64,000 nt of DNA from the human T2T-CHM13v2.0 reference genome, Homo sapiens (GCF_009914755.1 NC_060929.1), one strand, 5' to 3'. Positions 1 to 12,229 are shown, counted from the first letter of the stretch. Numbers and translations are program-made. Notes: generated from the letters alone by a model not told the origin.

Positions 1-2672
1 GTCTTTTGTTGGAACTCTTAGAACAAGTTGGAAGGGATGTGTTAATTCAGAAGTTTTCTCCTAGGTAAGGGAAAATTACATGTAGGTAGTTGCTATTTAT
101 GACCTCCTTGTTTATCATCCCCTTTCCCAAAAGCAGGACAAATTTGTATGCAAAAGGCAGGTAAATTTGCAGCATGCGAGAAAGAGTTTGTCTCTAAGAA
201 ATGCTCCATCAATTTTGCAGATGGAGGCCTAGGGGTAGGGATGCAGAACTGAGCTCTACTACTAGTAAGTGACTTCTAGGAAGGAGAGTCATAGCTCCTT
301 TTTTTAAACCTCCTGCCCCAAAAAAAGGGAAAAGAAAGAAGAGGAAGGGAAGTGGGAGGAGGGAGAAATGGGTATCCGGGAGAAGGAGGGGAGATTGACA
401 AAGGTGAATGAAAAAGAGGCTACAGAGAAGAAAATACCAGGAAAAAAGAGCCCAGGTCTGCCCACCCCAGATCTCTGGCCATTGTACTCCACCATGAACC
501 CACAGCTGGAGCATCTTTCCAGACCATATATCTGATTACCTCACTGTCCTGCTATGAACAAACAAAACCTAGCTAGCAAAGCAAAATCTAAGCTCCTAAA
601 CCAGCTAGCAGAATCCTTCTTGGCACTAAAGTCGTGTAATGTCCCGTCGTCCCCCCAACCCCCACCCCTGCATCCCCAACCCAGGAGCTTCAGCCACAGC
701 CAACTCCTCACAGGCTTTCCAGTCTCTGTTGCAGCACTTTTTTTTTTTTAATTTGCTGTGGATAGTCATTCTTTTAATACCATCTTTTAAGATCCAGCTC
801 AAAAACTATCAGTACTTTGACACTTTTGCCCAATTGCCTTTCATGTACTGACTTTATTTAACACATGGCATTTAATTAAACTTAATTTAATTAACAAAAA
901 TTTATCTCTACTACAGCCCTTCAGGATGGTTTGGACATGGGAGCTCAGGCATATTTATCTTTATATATCCCTGGCCCCCCTTTTAAAGTTTGGTACAAAG
1001 TAGAAGCACAAGAAATACACGGGAACTGAATGAATAAGAGGAAAATTGAATTACGATCAAAGAAGAGGGACAGGGGAAGTAGGGAAAGAAGGAAGAACAT
1101 AGCACAATCCTAAATGCAAACTGTGGTTTCCATAGCCGTTGGTAGAGGAGTTGTATTGAAAACTTCCAGAATGTCAGTAACTCTAAATATCCTCAATATC
1201 TCCTGTTGGTGGTTTGTTTGAAAATACTTCAGGAACCTAGAAGGTAGAGTGAAGGAGAAATGTGATTTGAATTTCAGTGGCCTGCTGGGTGTTGGTTGTC
1301 AGGACATAATGACCAAAGACAACCTTTAACTTCCTTCTGCTTCCTCTGGGGGAATCACACTGTCATGGCCAGGAAAGATACCATCTGTTGGCCAAGAAGG
1401 ATACCATGTGTGAAATGGAAAGTCCAGATCAAGTCTTGGACACAAGTGAAAATATCTTCACCACAAAACAAAAACAAACAAAAACCCACACACAAATTAG
1501 TGTTAATCATTACCCTTTAGCCAAAAGATTATCAGATGAATAGACAATCTCTAAAAGTGGTTTTCAAAAGATAGGATCATATTTAGAGATTATCATTTCT
1601 TCCGTGGCTCCTTAAAGAAGCAATTTTCTCTGGATGCATCCCCCACAGAATGGTTTGGGCAACTGCCTTGTGTGGTCAAGTTAGAAGTTCTGGGTTAGTT
1701 TCAAATCTGCAATTGATTCTGTGTGTGATCTTGGTCTGACCATATAACCAAACAACCAACCCAAACTTCTGAATCCATGGTAGGAAGGATTTAGATTTCA
1801 ATTACAAGAAATTCTTCAGGTCCTATTTAATGCATTAAAGTAATCAAATCTTGTAGTAAAAACCTGTATGTTCAAATATCATATAACTCAAAGTAACTCT
1901 TCTTGCCCCCTCTAACAGTTTTCAGCATACTAGATGTCTAGAGGGTAATTCAAAATATGTCTCTTCCTGTACTTAATATTTTAAATTACATTGAGTTTCA
2001 CCAATTTGCAATTCACTATACTGAAATCTTAACTCACTCTCATACTACCAAGAGTTAAAGATATTTCCTTAGAGCTGAATTTATAACCTGAGAAATAGAT
2101 CAAGTCCTCTGTGATTATCAGGCATCAAATCATGCTATAAGGTATGCATTTCAAACAGTTTATTTTTTATTTAACTCTTTAATTCTTTTTAAAACAGGCT
2201 GAACAGAGAGGCTTAACAATCTAGAATGCTATAAATCAAATAAACAAGACTGCCATGAAATGTCACAGTATACTCACAAATCAAAGTAAAAAAACTTTGA
2301 TTGCTTTTGACAAACTCAAAGGGCAGCTTCTCCCTGCCGGAAGGGATGAAGAAAGCCCAATTCTCTTAAGAACAACAAATGATTGTCTACAGTGACCGAT
2401 CTGTCTGCATGGGTCAGCACTCCTTTCCGGACCAACAGAGCAAGAAGGAAATCAAGTCCCAGCATAGCAGGAAGCTGGCTGGCCAGGTTCCCCTTTCTGA
2501 TGGGGTGATGCTACGGCCACTATCCCATCACATCATTGCTGCCTCTGCTGATTTTCTAACAGAGACCGACAGTTTCTCTTGTACCCAAGAGCAATCCAGA
2601 AAGAGATTCACAAGCAGCTTAGCGAACTTCTCGAAAGCATTCATTGATTCTAAGAATCTTAGCCAAAAAAAG

Positions 2673-2702
2673 AACAACAACAAAACAACAACAACAACAA
2701 CA
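2673..2702 (+). repeat. (AAC)n microsatellite in C1QTNF3 intron 1
   Basis: Imperfect acaacaacaa tract. Confidence 0.85.
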
Positions 2703-2747
2703 CTCATTAAGCTTTCACAAAAATCCTTAGAAGAGAATTCTGAGTAC

Positions 2748-3050
2748 CTGGCCCCAGAATGTGGTGATCTGGGCTAGGTCATCTACCTCGGGGTGCGGTA
2801 GCTCATCTGGTCTCAGGGATTTTAGGTCTGTAGAAGTGTTATTATCCACAGTCCCAGTTTTAGGATGGCTCCGCTCTCTCACTTTCTCCCTCCTGGAGCC
2901 GCTACGGCCAGTCTGCTGGTGGCTTTGCACTATTCTTGCCACCACTTTATTAGTTCTTCCGCTCACCTCCATGTATTCATCTTGACACAGGCAAAAAGGG
3001 AGGAAAAACAAAGCCAGCAGTTGCCAATAGATGAGCTGCCTCCAAAGCAT
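2748..3050 (-). CDS. C1QTNF3: C1QTNF3 (CTRP3) first coding exon, long-isoform form (101 codons): signal peptide plus 73-aa extension. The rest of the gene lies left of the window.
   Basis: Translation MLWRQLIYWQLLALFFLPFCLCQDEYMEVSGRTNKVV...TTFWGQ matches the recalled CTRP3 N-terminus. ATG at 3050-3048 has A at -3. The exon ends at CAG|GTACTC (phase 0). Confidence 0.96.
2967..3050 (-). CDS. C1QTNF3: C1QTNF3 first coding exon, short-isoform form (28 codons, ending ...QDEYME)
   Basis: Strong internal donor GAG|GTGAGC at 2966-2961, phase 0, 219 nt (73 codons) upstream of the distal donor. This matches the known 246 vs 319 aa isoform difference. Confidence 0.93.
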
Positions 3051-3133
3051 GATTCTCAACAGAGCCTCAGAGTCTCCCTGAGAAGACAGCAGAGCTCCAG
3101 GAGCGTGGTCTCCTCGGGCAGATGCCAGGACTG

Positions 3134-3167
3134 GAGCTGAGAGCTGCAGCGGCGGAGTGGTTTTATA
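3134..3167 (-). promoter_or_regulatory. C1QTNF3: C1QTNF3 core promoter: TATA box (TATAAAA, 3167-3161) and Inr-like TCAGCTC, predicted TSS ~3138
   Basis: Canonical TATAAAA 29 nt upstream of a pyrimidine-A start. The predicted ~88-nt 5'UTR contains no ATG. Confidence 0.8.
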
Positions 3168-3259
3168 CTTTGGTGTGTAATAAATAAGGCTGTAGGCATG
3201 CCAGAGTGACAGCAGCCCTCCTCCCCAGGCAGAACAGCCCCCATTCATCATTTTCCCAC

Positions 3260-3306
3260 ACCACAAGCAAGAACGATTTGTGTGCACAGTTCCCAGTTGG
3301 CGAAAT
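3260..3306. promoter_or_regulatory. Candidate proximal promoter motifs: RUNX (ACCACA 3260-3265) and C/EBP-like (TTGGCGAAAT 3297-3306)
   Basis: Motif matches 120-170 bp upstream of the predicted TSS. Motif match only. Confidence 0.35.
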
Positions 3307-3880
3307 TCATAAATGTCACACCTTGGCACGTTTCTGTTGAAGTGTGAAGAAAACATACACAACCAGCTGGGAACAGAGAGCATGTGTCCAGCAGTTTGCT
3401 TTTGTGATTAGACATGGAAAGGCTGTGTATTTGCAGTCTAAAAAGCCTTTTGGAAAAATCTACCCTTGCGCTTGCCAGGAAATTCAGGCTTAACTGCATC
3501 AGTTTTGTCTGAAATAGCAGTGGGAACCCATTCAGGGCTTTCACGACAGCTCTTGGTTTCTAGCTGTACTGTTAGTATTTCCCCACTTTGGCCCACTTAA
3601 GGTAACTCATTTCCCCTTCCGGATACCAGTGGCAGAAGGCAGTTGGTTGCCTACAAAACACTGAGCAGGATTCAGGTGCAGTGTCTCTGGGTTTAGCAAA
3701 GGTATTTCGCCATCCTCAGCTTTACTTCTTTTCCCCATGACTTCCCAAAAGCCAAAATTAAATCAAAGTTAACTAAGTCACTTATTGTCAGATGAAGATA
3801 CAACACCCTGCTTTGTGTTAAGAGAAGGCTGTCTCTGGCTCCTCTTTCTTTTGACATATTCTTGATTAAAATAGAAACGG

Positions 3881-4018
3881 GGCCGGGCACAGTGGCTCAT
3901 GCCTGTAATCCCAGCACCTTGAGAGCCCAAGACAGGTAGATCCCTTGAGCCCAGAAATTCGAGGCCAGCCTGGGCAACTTAGTGAGACCCTGTCTCTACT
4001 TAAAAAATAAATAAATAA
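3881..4018 (+). mobile_element. Alu monomer (FLAM_C-like)
   Basis: ggccgggcacagtggctcatgcctgtaatcccagc ... gagaccctgtctct followed by an A-rich tail, single arm. Confidence 0.9.
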
Positions 4019-5203
4019 CAAAACTGAAGAAGTGGAAAGCACCAAACACGTCATTTCAAACACAGCGTATCCAGATTAAGAGGATTCTCATGTCTTTGCT
4101 TTAGTTGCTATACTTTTATTAATTCAGCCAAAAAGAAAATGGACATTCCTAATTGCTTCAGGATAATAAATTAAGAGAATTTAAACAGTTTTGTCATCAA
4201 AAATTGCTTCTATTTACATATGATTTCATTTATATTACTCATTCACTCGCTTAAGAAAATGTTACTGGCCTTCTCTCATGAAAACTGGAGAGACCCAGGA
4301 CCGTAAATAGCATGCGTGGCAAGCGTCTGATGAGAAGGGGGCGAGGAGGCACTGTGGGAAACTGAGGCTTGGAGAAGCTCAGCCTGCTGATGAAGAGTCA
4401 GAGCAGCTGGGGAAAGGGGAGAGGAGAGAGAGCTGTTGACAGCTGCCCCCATTGCTCAGCCAAGGGCCTGAGAACCAAGAGCCATCTCTGGAAGTGGCCA
4501 GAACTGTCAAAACTAGCCTGGCCCCTCCTGCAGCTACCAGAACAGCCGCTTCCAGAGTCCACACTTATACATGGAAAGGGTTTGGTGCTGGGGACGGAGG
4601 GAGAGAGTTACTCTGTGAACTAAAAGCTCTCCAGGCCACAGTTCAGGGGCCTTGGGAGTCATGTTCAGTCCAAGCAGTCAGTTCCCACCTAGTAGGGCAT
4701 AAAAATTCAGCCATCTCTGTGCTACAAGTCTACCCTTGAGCATCTAAACCTTCCTCACTGGAGGATTCCTTGAGTTCTGTCATGTCCACCATTAAAAGGT
4801 AGATGTCCCTGGGAAGGGAAGTGTGTCAAACTGTTATTCTTAGTAACTGAGGATTTTCTTCCCAGACCTGGAGCTGGAGCTGGGGAAAGGATGGCGCCTG
4901 TGTTTGGAGGGTGAGCAAGTGGATGGGCTTTTGCTGTGGGAAGGAAAGCCCAGAGCAGTGTCTCAGTGGGGGTGTTCCCTCCTCAGGGAGGCCCAGAGAA
5001 AATGTCACAGGGAGACCACAAAGCAAGCAGTGGCTCTGAAATCTAGGTCACCCAATTCACAGGTTTTCCAAGAGCTGTCTCTGGCTCTCACCATCATGCA
5101 TCCCCCACGAAGTGGGCCATACTGCTAAGTAACTATAAATCAGCCTCTGACTTTCTACCGCATTGAGACTTTCCATTCGTGTTTTCAATCCTGTCATCTA
5201 TTC

Positions 5204-5370
5204 TAGTGGTTCTCAACCCTGGCTGCATATTAAACCAAGGAGCTTCTAAAAATATTAATGCCTGGACTCTATCCCAGACCAATTGAGTCAGAATCTGTAC
5301 TGGGGCCTGGGCAGTTTTTAAAAGCTTCCCTCAGATGATTCTAAGGTGCATCCAGGGTTAGGAATCACTG
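5204..5370. mobile_element. MER5-type hAT-Charlie MITE
   Basis: tagtggttctcaaccctggctgca ... ggttaggaatcactg termini and internal tcagaatct motif. Confidence 0.8.
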
Positions 5371-5399
5371 ATCCATCCTCTCATTGACTCAAAAGGAAT

Positions 5400-5620
5400 A
5401 AATAATAATATCCATAATTTGTTAAGCACTTACCATGTGCTAGCCAAGTACTACTTTGCTTTATCTCACTGACTTCTGTTGGCAAACCTATGATCCCATC
5501 TTATAGATGAGGTGATAGAAGCTTGCAGAGGTAAAGTGACTTGTCTTGTGTTATGCAGCTGGAAAGAACTGGACTCCATCTGTCTTTCCAGAGTGAGTTC
5601 TCCTGCCTTGCTATAGAGAA
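5400..5620 (-). mobile_element. MIR SINE (degenerate)
   Basis: aagcacttaccatgtgc and cccatcttatagatgagg...aagtgacttg core motifs. Confidence 0.65.
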
Positions 5621-5784
5621 AGATCTACAGAGAAGGATTCTGCAAAGAAGGATCTCTCCTTCTCTCTGCCATTGGCCCATTATTGATCTCTCCCAAGAAA
5701 TCAATAATGGGTCAATGGCAGAGAGAAGGAGGTCAGTCTGAGAGCTGCCAGGGAGCCTGCCTTCAAGAATTGGGGTCAGAAAGT

Positions 5785-6646
5785 ATTATGGGTTGGATTA
5801 TGTACCCCCAAAAGAAACTTAAGTCCTAATCCCTAGTACCTGCAAATATGACCTATTTAAAAATAGGGATTGTTAAAGTAAATGAAAATAGACACCAGGC
5901 CTGAAGAATCCCTTAGCAGACAAAGCCAATTAGGTTTCATAAGTGGCCTTAACCTTGCTTGGTTTGCAAACATAGGCAAAACTTAACTTCAGCAACTTTT
6001 TGTAAATGCCTATATTAAAGAAAAACACAATGTAAGTTAAATGACTCAGAAGCTTTCCAATGGGAGAGACCAAATAAGGCAATTGTACAACTGTAACCAA
6101 TCAACTATTTTATTTGCTTTATATCTGTGTTTGTCCTGTAGAAGCCTCCCCACCCCTTGTGCTCCCTTGGTAGAGCTCCTGAACCTCTTCTGGTTTAGAC
6201 TCATGCCTGAGTCATGAATTGCTGTTTGCTCAAACTCTTTAAAACTGTATTGTGCCTCAGTTTACTTTTGAATAGGTCTTTAAAGGTGATCAACTTAAGA
6301 TGAGGTCATTAGGGTGGGCCCTGACCCAAAATGACTGTGTCTTTATAAAAAGGGAGAACTTAGACACAGAGGCAGACATGCACACAGGAGAACACTATGT
6401 GAAAATGAAAGCAGGGATGAGGGTAATGCATTTACAAGCCAAGGAATACCAAAGATTGCCAGCAGACCACCAGAAGGTAGGTGAGAAGCGTGGAACAGAT
6501 GATTCTCTCACAACCCTTAGGAGGAACCAACCCTGCTAACACCTTGATCTCAGACGTTGAGACTCCAAAACTGTGACACAATAAATTTCACTGTTTAAGT
6601 CATCTCATTTGTAGCATTTTGCTATGTCAGTCTTAGCAAACAAATA
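5785..6646 (+). mobile_element. MLT1B/C MaLR LTR, split by a nested LTR
   Basis: 5' part 5785-5870 (gtcctaatccctagtacctgcaaatatgacctattt). Resumes at ~6275 (gatgaggtcattagggtgggccct ... aaccctgctaacaccttgatctcagac ... aataaatttc). Confidence 0.8.
5871..6274 (+). mobile_element. ERV1-class solo LTR (LTR54/MER57-like) nested in the MLT1
   Basis: Starts TGTTAAAG, contains aactgtaaccaatc, ends ...gtgcctcagtttactttt. Interrupts the MLT1. Subfamily uncertain. Confidence 0.6.
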
Positions 6647-8186
6647 GGGAGAACATGTATGAAAACTTTTCAAAACAACAACAAAAACACTCCAGACCCA
6701 GTAGAGGTCTGGAGTCTACACATGTACTATCTTGTACACGCAGAGATGACAGTCTGAAAAGATTTAGTAAATTACTTAAGTTCATGGGCAGTAAGTAGAA
6801 AACTGGGCCAGAGAGAAGAGTCCCTCATCTTTCAATATAGGTATCTTTTACTTCCCTCCAGTAATTTCTCATTAAATGCATTTTAAACATTGGTTTATTA
6901 TTAAATCTTACTTGGTTATCATTTCATATATGCTCCAGAATGTTCCTTATGTCTAGTTTTCAAAGATGTGAATAACAATTGGGCATAATTTTTTACCTAT
7001 GGGTTGAATATTAAAACCATCTAGAATCTGCCCCAGGCAACCTCCCTGGAGGTGATGAAGTCCCAGTTCTGCACAGTTGTCTCTGGCTGTGAAAGTTCAC
7101 AAAAGACACCTGAGGACATCAGGCTCCTGGATACACTGGGACTGTCACTGCATCCTGCCTGCCTTGGCCCCAAGGGCCCAGTTAGGACGTTGGCAGGGCC
7201 ACTAATGTGAGCAGCAGAGGTGCAGATGCATATGAATATACATGTAAAAGCCAGATCTGTGACTCAGCTTTGCAAGGCAGAGGGAAATATTTGTTTAGCT
7301 TTACAAAGGAGGCCGTTATAAGATGTGTAGGTACTCCGTGGCCTCCCCCATGGTGCTTCACTGTGGCCTAAGCCAAAAGGAGATCAGTTATGGTCTGGCC
7401 AAGGGACAGTCAAGAACTGTGTTGGACTGAACGTGTCTTTGTATCAGTGCCAACTTAAAGAGCAGCTAAAGGAGGCAACTGTTTGCATGATTTTCGAGAG
7501 CAGTGGAAATGTGACCCACCTCTCTCTTGCCTCTTCCCAGTGAAAAATACTCCCCGTACTAAGCACAGTGAATTCTGAGATTCTAAAATCAAGGCTTAGT
7601 CTCTTTGATTTAAACCAATTAGAGATTTATCAATATACAAATAAAATTAATATACACCTTGAGATGAGGTAGTTTAGCTGTATTGGTTGTTTATGACTTC
7701 ATGTTAAGGGCTTTTTCAGATGCTCTACAGAGAAATTCCAGTTGAAGAAGAAGTTTTAAAAAGAATCAGAGTGTGTTCAGAAAGGGGACATTGCCTATAG
7801 ATATTAGATATTGCCATTTGAAGAAAAATGGGTTCACCTTGCCACCAGTACAGGGCAAAATGAGGAACAAAGGAATAAGAGAGGAAGTTGGTCAGCTGGT
7901 CAGGATGTTACAATTTTGGTGGAATTACATGTTTAGGGTCATTATTCAAGTGCAGGAAACTCACTGCCAGTGTCCCAGGAATGGATCTGTCTCCATCACA
8001 AGAATAAGGCTTTCAGAGACTCATGTACAAAAACTATCATCTTAATGTATTCATTTATAATGAAAAATATAACTCTCAAACTGGCTACATGTATTATAGA
8101 TGTTTGCTGAAAAACAAATTCTCTTGGTAGACAAATCTATTTGAGAAGCCAAATACTAATCAGAGATGTGTGTGTTAAGCATGGTA

Positions 8187-8212
8187 GTGTGTGTGTGTAT
8201 GTGTGTGTGTGC

Positions 8213-8260
<48 letters not shown>
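8187..8260 (+). repeat. Compound (GT)n(GA)n microsatellite
   Basis: Seen directly. Confidence 0.95.
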
Positions 8261-8264
<4 letters not shown>

Positions 8265-8302
8265 TTGTTGGATAATGTTAACAGCTGGTGTCATTGAGCA
8301 TT

Positions 8303-8805
8303 TGTGTCCATCAGGCTCCAAACAGAGAAACAGAAACCACACTAGATATTTTAACACAGAGAATTTACTATAAGAAATTACACAACACAGGGAAGTAACC
8401 ATCTTGTAAGGTTGAGGGAACCAAGGGGAGAGGCTGGTGTCATCTGAATTTAGAAGCTGGAAGAAGGGACCCTGCAGGTTTCTGTGTAGGGGGCACTGCC
8501 CAACTAAAACTGATACCTTTGCCAGGGTACAATGAGAAGAATTCTGGGAATATAGAAAGAAGTTGACCTGGAACCAACTATAGCTACCAGGGTTAAGGGC
8601 CATTGCTCAGATGACACAAAAACAGCAAGCCAAAAAAAAAAAAAGAGCAAGTGCCTTCTACAGCCATCCAGGACCCTCTTCTGTCACCCCCTATGGGTTG
8701 ACAAAGGAGAAAAGTTATTTGCAGAATCTGAGTTCCAACATCCCAGGGCAGAGTTTTGAAGGGTGAGCTGGAGCAGAGAGACAACAACATAAAACCTGAT
8801 GCACC
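8303..8805. mobile_element. Ancient LTR (LTR78-like)
   Basis: gaaacagaaaccacactag...aatttactataagaaatt start and ggcagagttttgaagggtgagctggagcagagag end resemble old ERV LTRs. Family uncertain. Confidence 0.45.
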
Positions 8806-9317
8806 AGTCTCTAGGAATGCTCCTGCCACAAGGAACAGACATTCAAGCTCCTGGGGCAGAGCTTGAAACACATCACCCAGGTTGGTCTGTCTGAATTCTC
8901 CTTTTGTAAATTTTATTCAGATCACTTCCATCTTTCCTAATCGTTTCTTTCTTCAGACAGAGGGCAATTTAATTCCTTATATAAAAGCTTTCTTTTTCTC
9001 CTAGTGTTTGCATCCAGTATACCTGGATTGGATTTAGGGTATTCACAGACAATCTTTTGAGTCTTTCTCTCTAAGATGACCTGCTAACTGTGTATTGGAC
9101 ACTGGTGGCTGTAGCTGGTTCCAGGTCAGCTTCTTTCTATATTCCCAGAATTAGCCTCATTGTACCCTGGCAAAGGTATCAGTTTTAGTTGGGCAGTTCC
9201 CCCTCCTCAGAAGCCTGAGTCTCAGCCCTGTAGGGTCCCTTCTTCCAGCTTCTAAATCCAGATAACACCAACCTCTTCCCTTGGTTCCCCTAGCCTTAGG
9301 ACACAGTGACCTTCCCC
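8390..9317. repeat. Inverted repeat: arms ~8390-8590 and ~9102-9317, spacer ~510 bp
   Basis: 8495-8536 is the exact reverse complement of 9156-9197 (42 bp). Flanking blocks also align with few mismatches and one indel. Confidence 0.93.
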
Positions 9318-9599
9318 AGGGCTAGTCTGCTCAGCCCTATTTTGCTCTTTGAGAAGCCAAGGTTGACTTCTGTAGATGGAAGTCAAACAAGCTTGATCCA
9401 GATCATGAAGAAGCCTGAAGCAGAGGCAGCTCTGACCCTCCGGAACCCAGTTTCCCAAAGGGACCTTGCTATACTGGCCTCCTAGTCATTTGACAAGGCA
9501 AATTGCATTTACACAATGAAGGCAAGACAAGGGTTTTCTTGAAGATCTTGCTTAGCTACAGCAGGATCTTGAAAGATCCAAGTAAATTCCTCAAAATGG

Positions 9600-9955
9600 G
9601 AGACTGATTTTCAGGAATTGCCTAATGTGACTGTGAGAGCTGGCAAGTCTGAAACTCACAGGGCAGGCCAGTAGGCTGGAAATTCCAAGAGTCGATATTG
9701 CAGTCTTGAGTTTAAAGGCAGTCTGGAGGCAGAATTGTTTCCTCTTCAGGGTCCCTCAGTCTGTTTTCTTAAGGCCTTCAGCTGATTGGATGAAGCCTGT
9801 CTACATTATGGCAGGTAATATAATTCATTCAAAGTCTACTGATTTAAATATTAATCACATCTAAAGGAATACATTTACAGCAACATCTAGACTGGTGTTA
9901 GACCAAACAACAGGGAACCACAAGATAGCCAAGTTGACACAAAAAATTCACACTG
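9600..9955 (-). mobile_element. MLT2 (ERVL LTR, MLT2C/D-like)
   Basis: ttaaggccttcagctgattggatga ... tctactgatttaaatattaatcacatct ... agccaagttgacaca. Confidence 0.8.
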
Positions 9956-10411
9956 TAAAAAGTAAATAAACATCTCAGGAGAGTTGAGAACATTTGATAA
10001 TCATGAAGAATAATCCAGTGATTCTTGAGACAATGGAAGATAACTTTCTCATTCTGAAATATTCCAGAGAAGATAGGATAAGCCTTTTTGAATGAAGCTG
10101 CAGAGATCACCTCATTGTCCACATCCCCAGTTCCTCCAAGCTCAGCCTTCTTTAGGGTTCCATAGACCTCTCCACCCCAGTTAGCCAGTTACTTCCATTG
10201 CTCATCAATCCTTCTCATGTGCGCCTCTCTCCTAGTCATTGTCTCCTTGCCTTAAAAGTCCTCCTATTTTACTCTCTCTTCATGAAGTTTACTAGGCTTA
10301 TTCAGATAATACCACAAAGTGTTCTCTTGCTGTTATGGTACATGTCCAAGCTACTCAGCGCTTGGCATCACCACTATAGCAGACACTGTTTGTTGTTATT
10401 TTTTTTCTTTT

Positions 10412-10842
10412 TGTGGAGGCCAAAGCAACTCCATTTTGAATGCTAATCTTCCATGTTGACTTCTGATTAACACCTGTCCTGGGAAGGCCTCTAAAATTTC
10501 CAGTATATTTATTGTTCCTTAGGTAAGAGCACATACTTACTGTAAATCCTGCCCTTCGGTTAAAACAACCTTGATGTTATCATACCTCACTTGTCCTACA
10601 CATCCCATCTGAATCACATATACCCCTTCCCTATGACATATAAGTTCTGGCTTTGGGGAGTAATGGCACAGGGATCCATCATCTCCTCTCACCACCACTT
10701 GAGACGCAGACATGGCTTCTCTTCCTAAGTTCCTATTAAATGTTTCTTTCAGAGAAACTGCATATGTCAGCTTCTGTCTTCCACCTCTCAGCTTCCTTGG
10801 ACTTTGGGGGTAGGTTTGCATAGACCTGCCCAGCATGGAACA
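10412..10842 (+). mobile_element. Solo LTR (LTR47-like)
   Basis: TG...CA termini (tgtggaggccaaagcaactccat ... ggaaca), with ATTAAA poly(A) signal at ~10735. Confidence 0.7.
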
Positions 10843-10899
10843 CCTTGTAACAGAGTCTTGATTTTGTTCTTCTGTCTTTCAGATAAAGTGAGTTCTAGT

Positions 10900-11300
10900 C
10901 ACAGGAAATAAAATATGACTAGATTCATCTTTTGGCCAGGGATTATTTTAGGCATGGACTTGACATTATATGATAAAGAAGAGAATCTGCTGGGGAATTT
11001 TGGGAAGGACTCCTTACTCCTGAAAAGGGACATACAGAAAGGAAATGTACTTCTTCTCTCTCTTCTTCCACTGAATATAGTCATGTTTACATACAAAATG
11101 GGACACTACAGCAAACCCTAGGATAGCAGAGCAGAAAGATGGAAATAACCTGGTCCTAGATGGCATTTGTGAGCCACCAAATTACCTAATTGCCCAGTCT
11201 TCAAACCATTCAACTGTTTTCTACATGAAATAATAAATTTTCTATTGTTTACACCTTTGAGGTGGTTCAACATTGTCTTTATTGTGTTATTACTTAATAC
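10900..11300 (+). mobile_element. Old MLT1 (J/K-like) LTR fragment
   Basis: gcagagcagaaagatggaaa...cctgg and aataaattttctattgttta motifs. Confidence 0.5.
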
Positions 11301-11853
11301 TCTACATATCTGTCTTATTTTTTCAACTAGATTAAACATCCTTGAGGGAAATAACAATACCATGATTATCTTTGTATACAGCCTGTTCTGAAACTCACAC
11401 ATAGTAAATACTCCATAAATGCCTGTCCTTGGTAGAATAAGTAAACGGAAAATATAAACCAAATTAATGGATTAAGTATGTGCTGTACTGGTTAGTTAAA
11501 CACTGCCTGAGCTCAAATAAGGCAATTGTAAGGGAGCTGAAGGATTTAGAGAGCTGGAAATCCTCCATTTATTTGGTTGTCCCAAGATACTTCCTGAGAA
11601 GGCAGGGTACTTCCTCTACATGTCCGGTCCTTCTTCTGGGAGGCCTTTCCTGATTTCTCACAACAGAAACAATGCCACGTCCTAGACATTTTTCCAGTTA
11701 AATTGGGGCCAGCTGACTGGGTTCTGGCCAATGGGTGTGGGTGAGGCAAGCTATTCCTCAGCTTAGCCTTTGAAAACATTCAGTGAGATCATCCTACTCT
11801 TCCTCTCCTCCTTCACTTACTTTGGTGGCCATGTGTTCCACGTAGTGGAGCTA

Positions 11854-12096
<243 letters not shown>

Positions 12097-12229
12097 TTAT
12101 TAATAAACTTTATTGTGTTAAGCCACTGTGCTTTCAGAATTAATTTATTACTACAGATAGTCTATGGACTGTCCCACTCGATAGACATCCTTAACTAGAT
12201 ATGTTCTTTCCCCTATGATCTCAGAGCAC

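Noticed and set aside
2379-3140. Plus-strand ORFs antisense to C1QTNF3 exon 1 (132, 74 and 91 aa)
   Set aside because: No recognisable homology, and one runs through an (AAC)n repeat. They are best explained as shadow ORFs.
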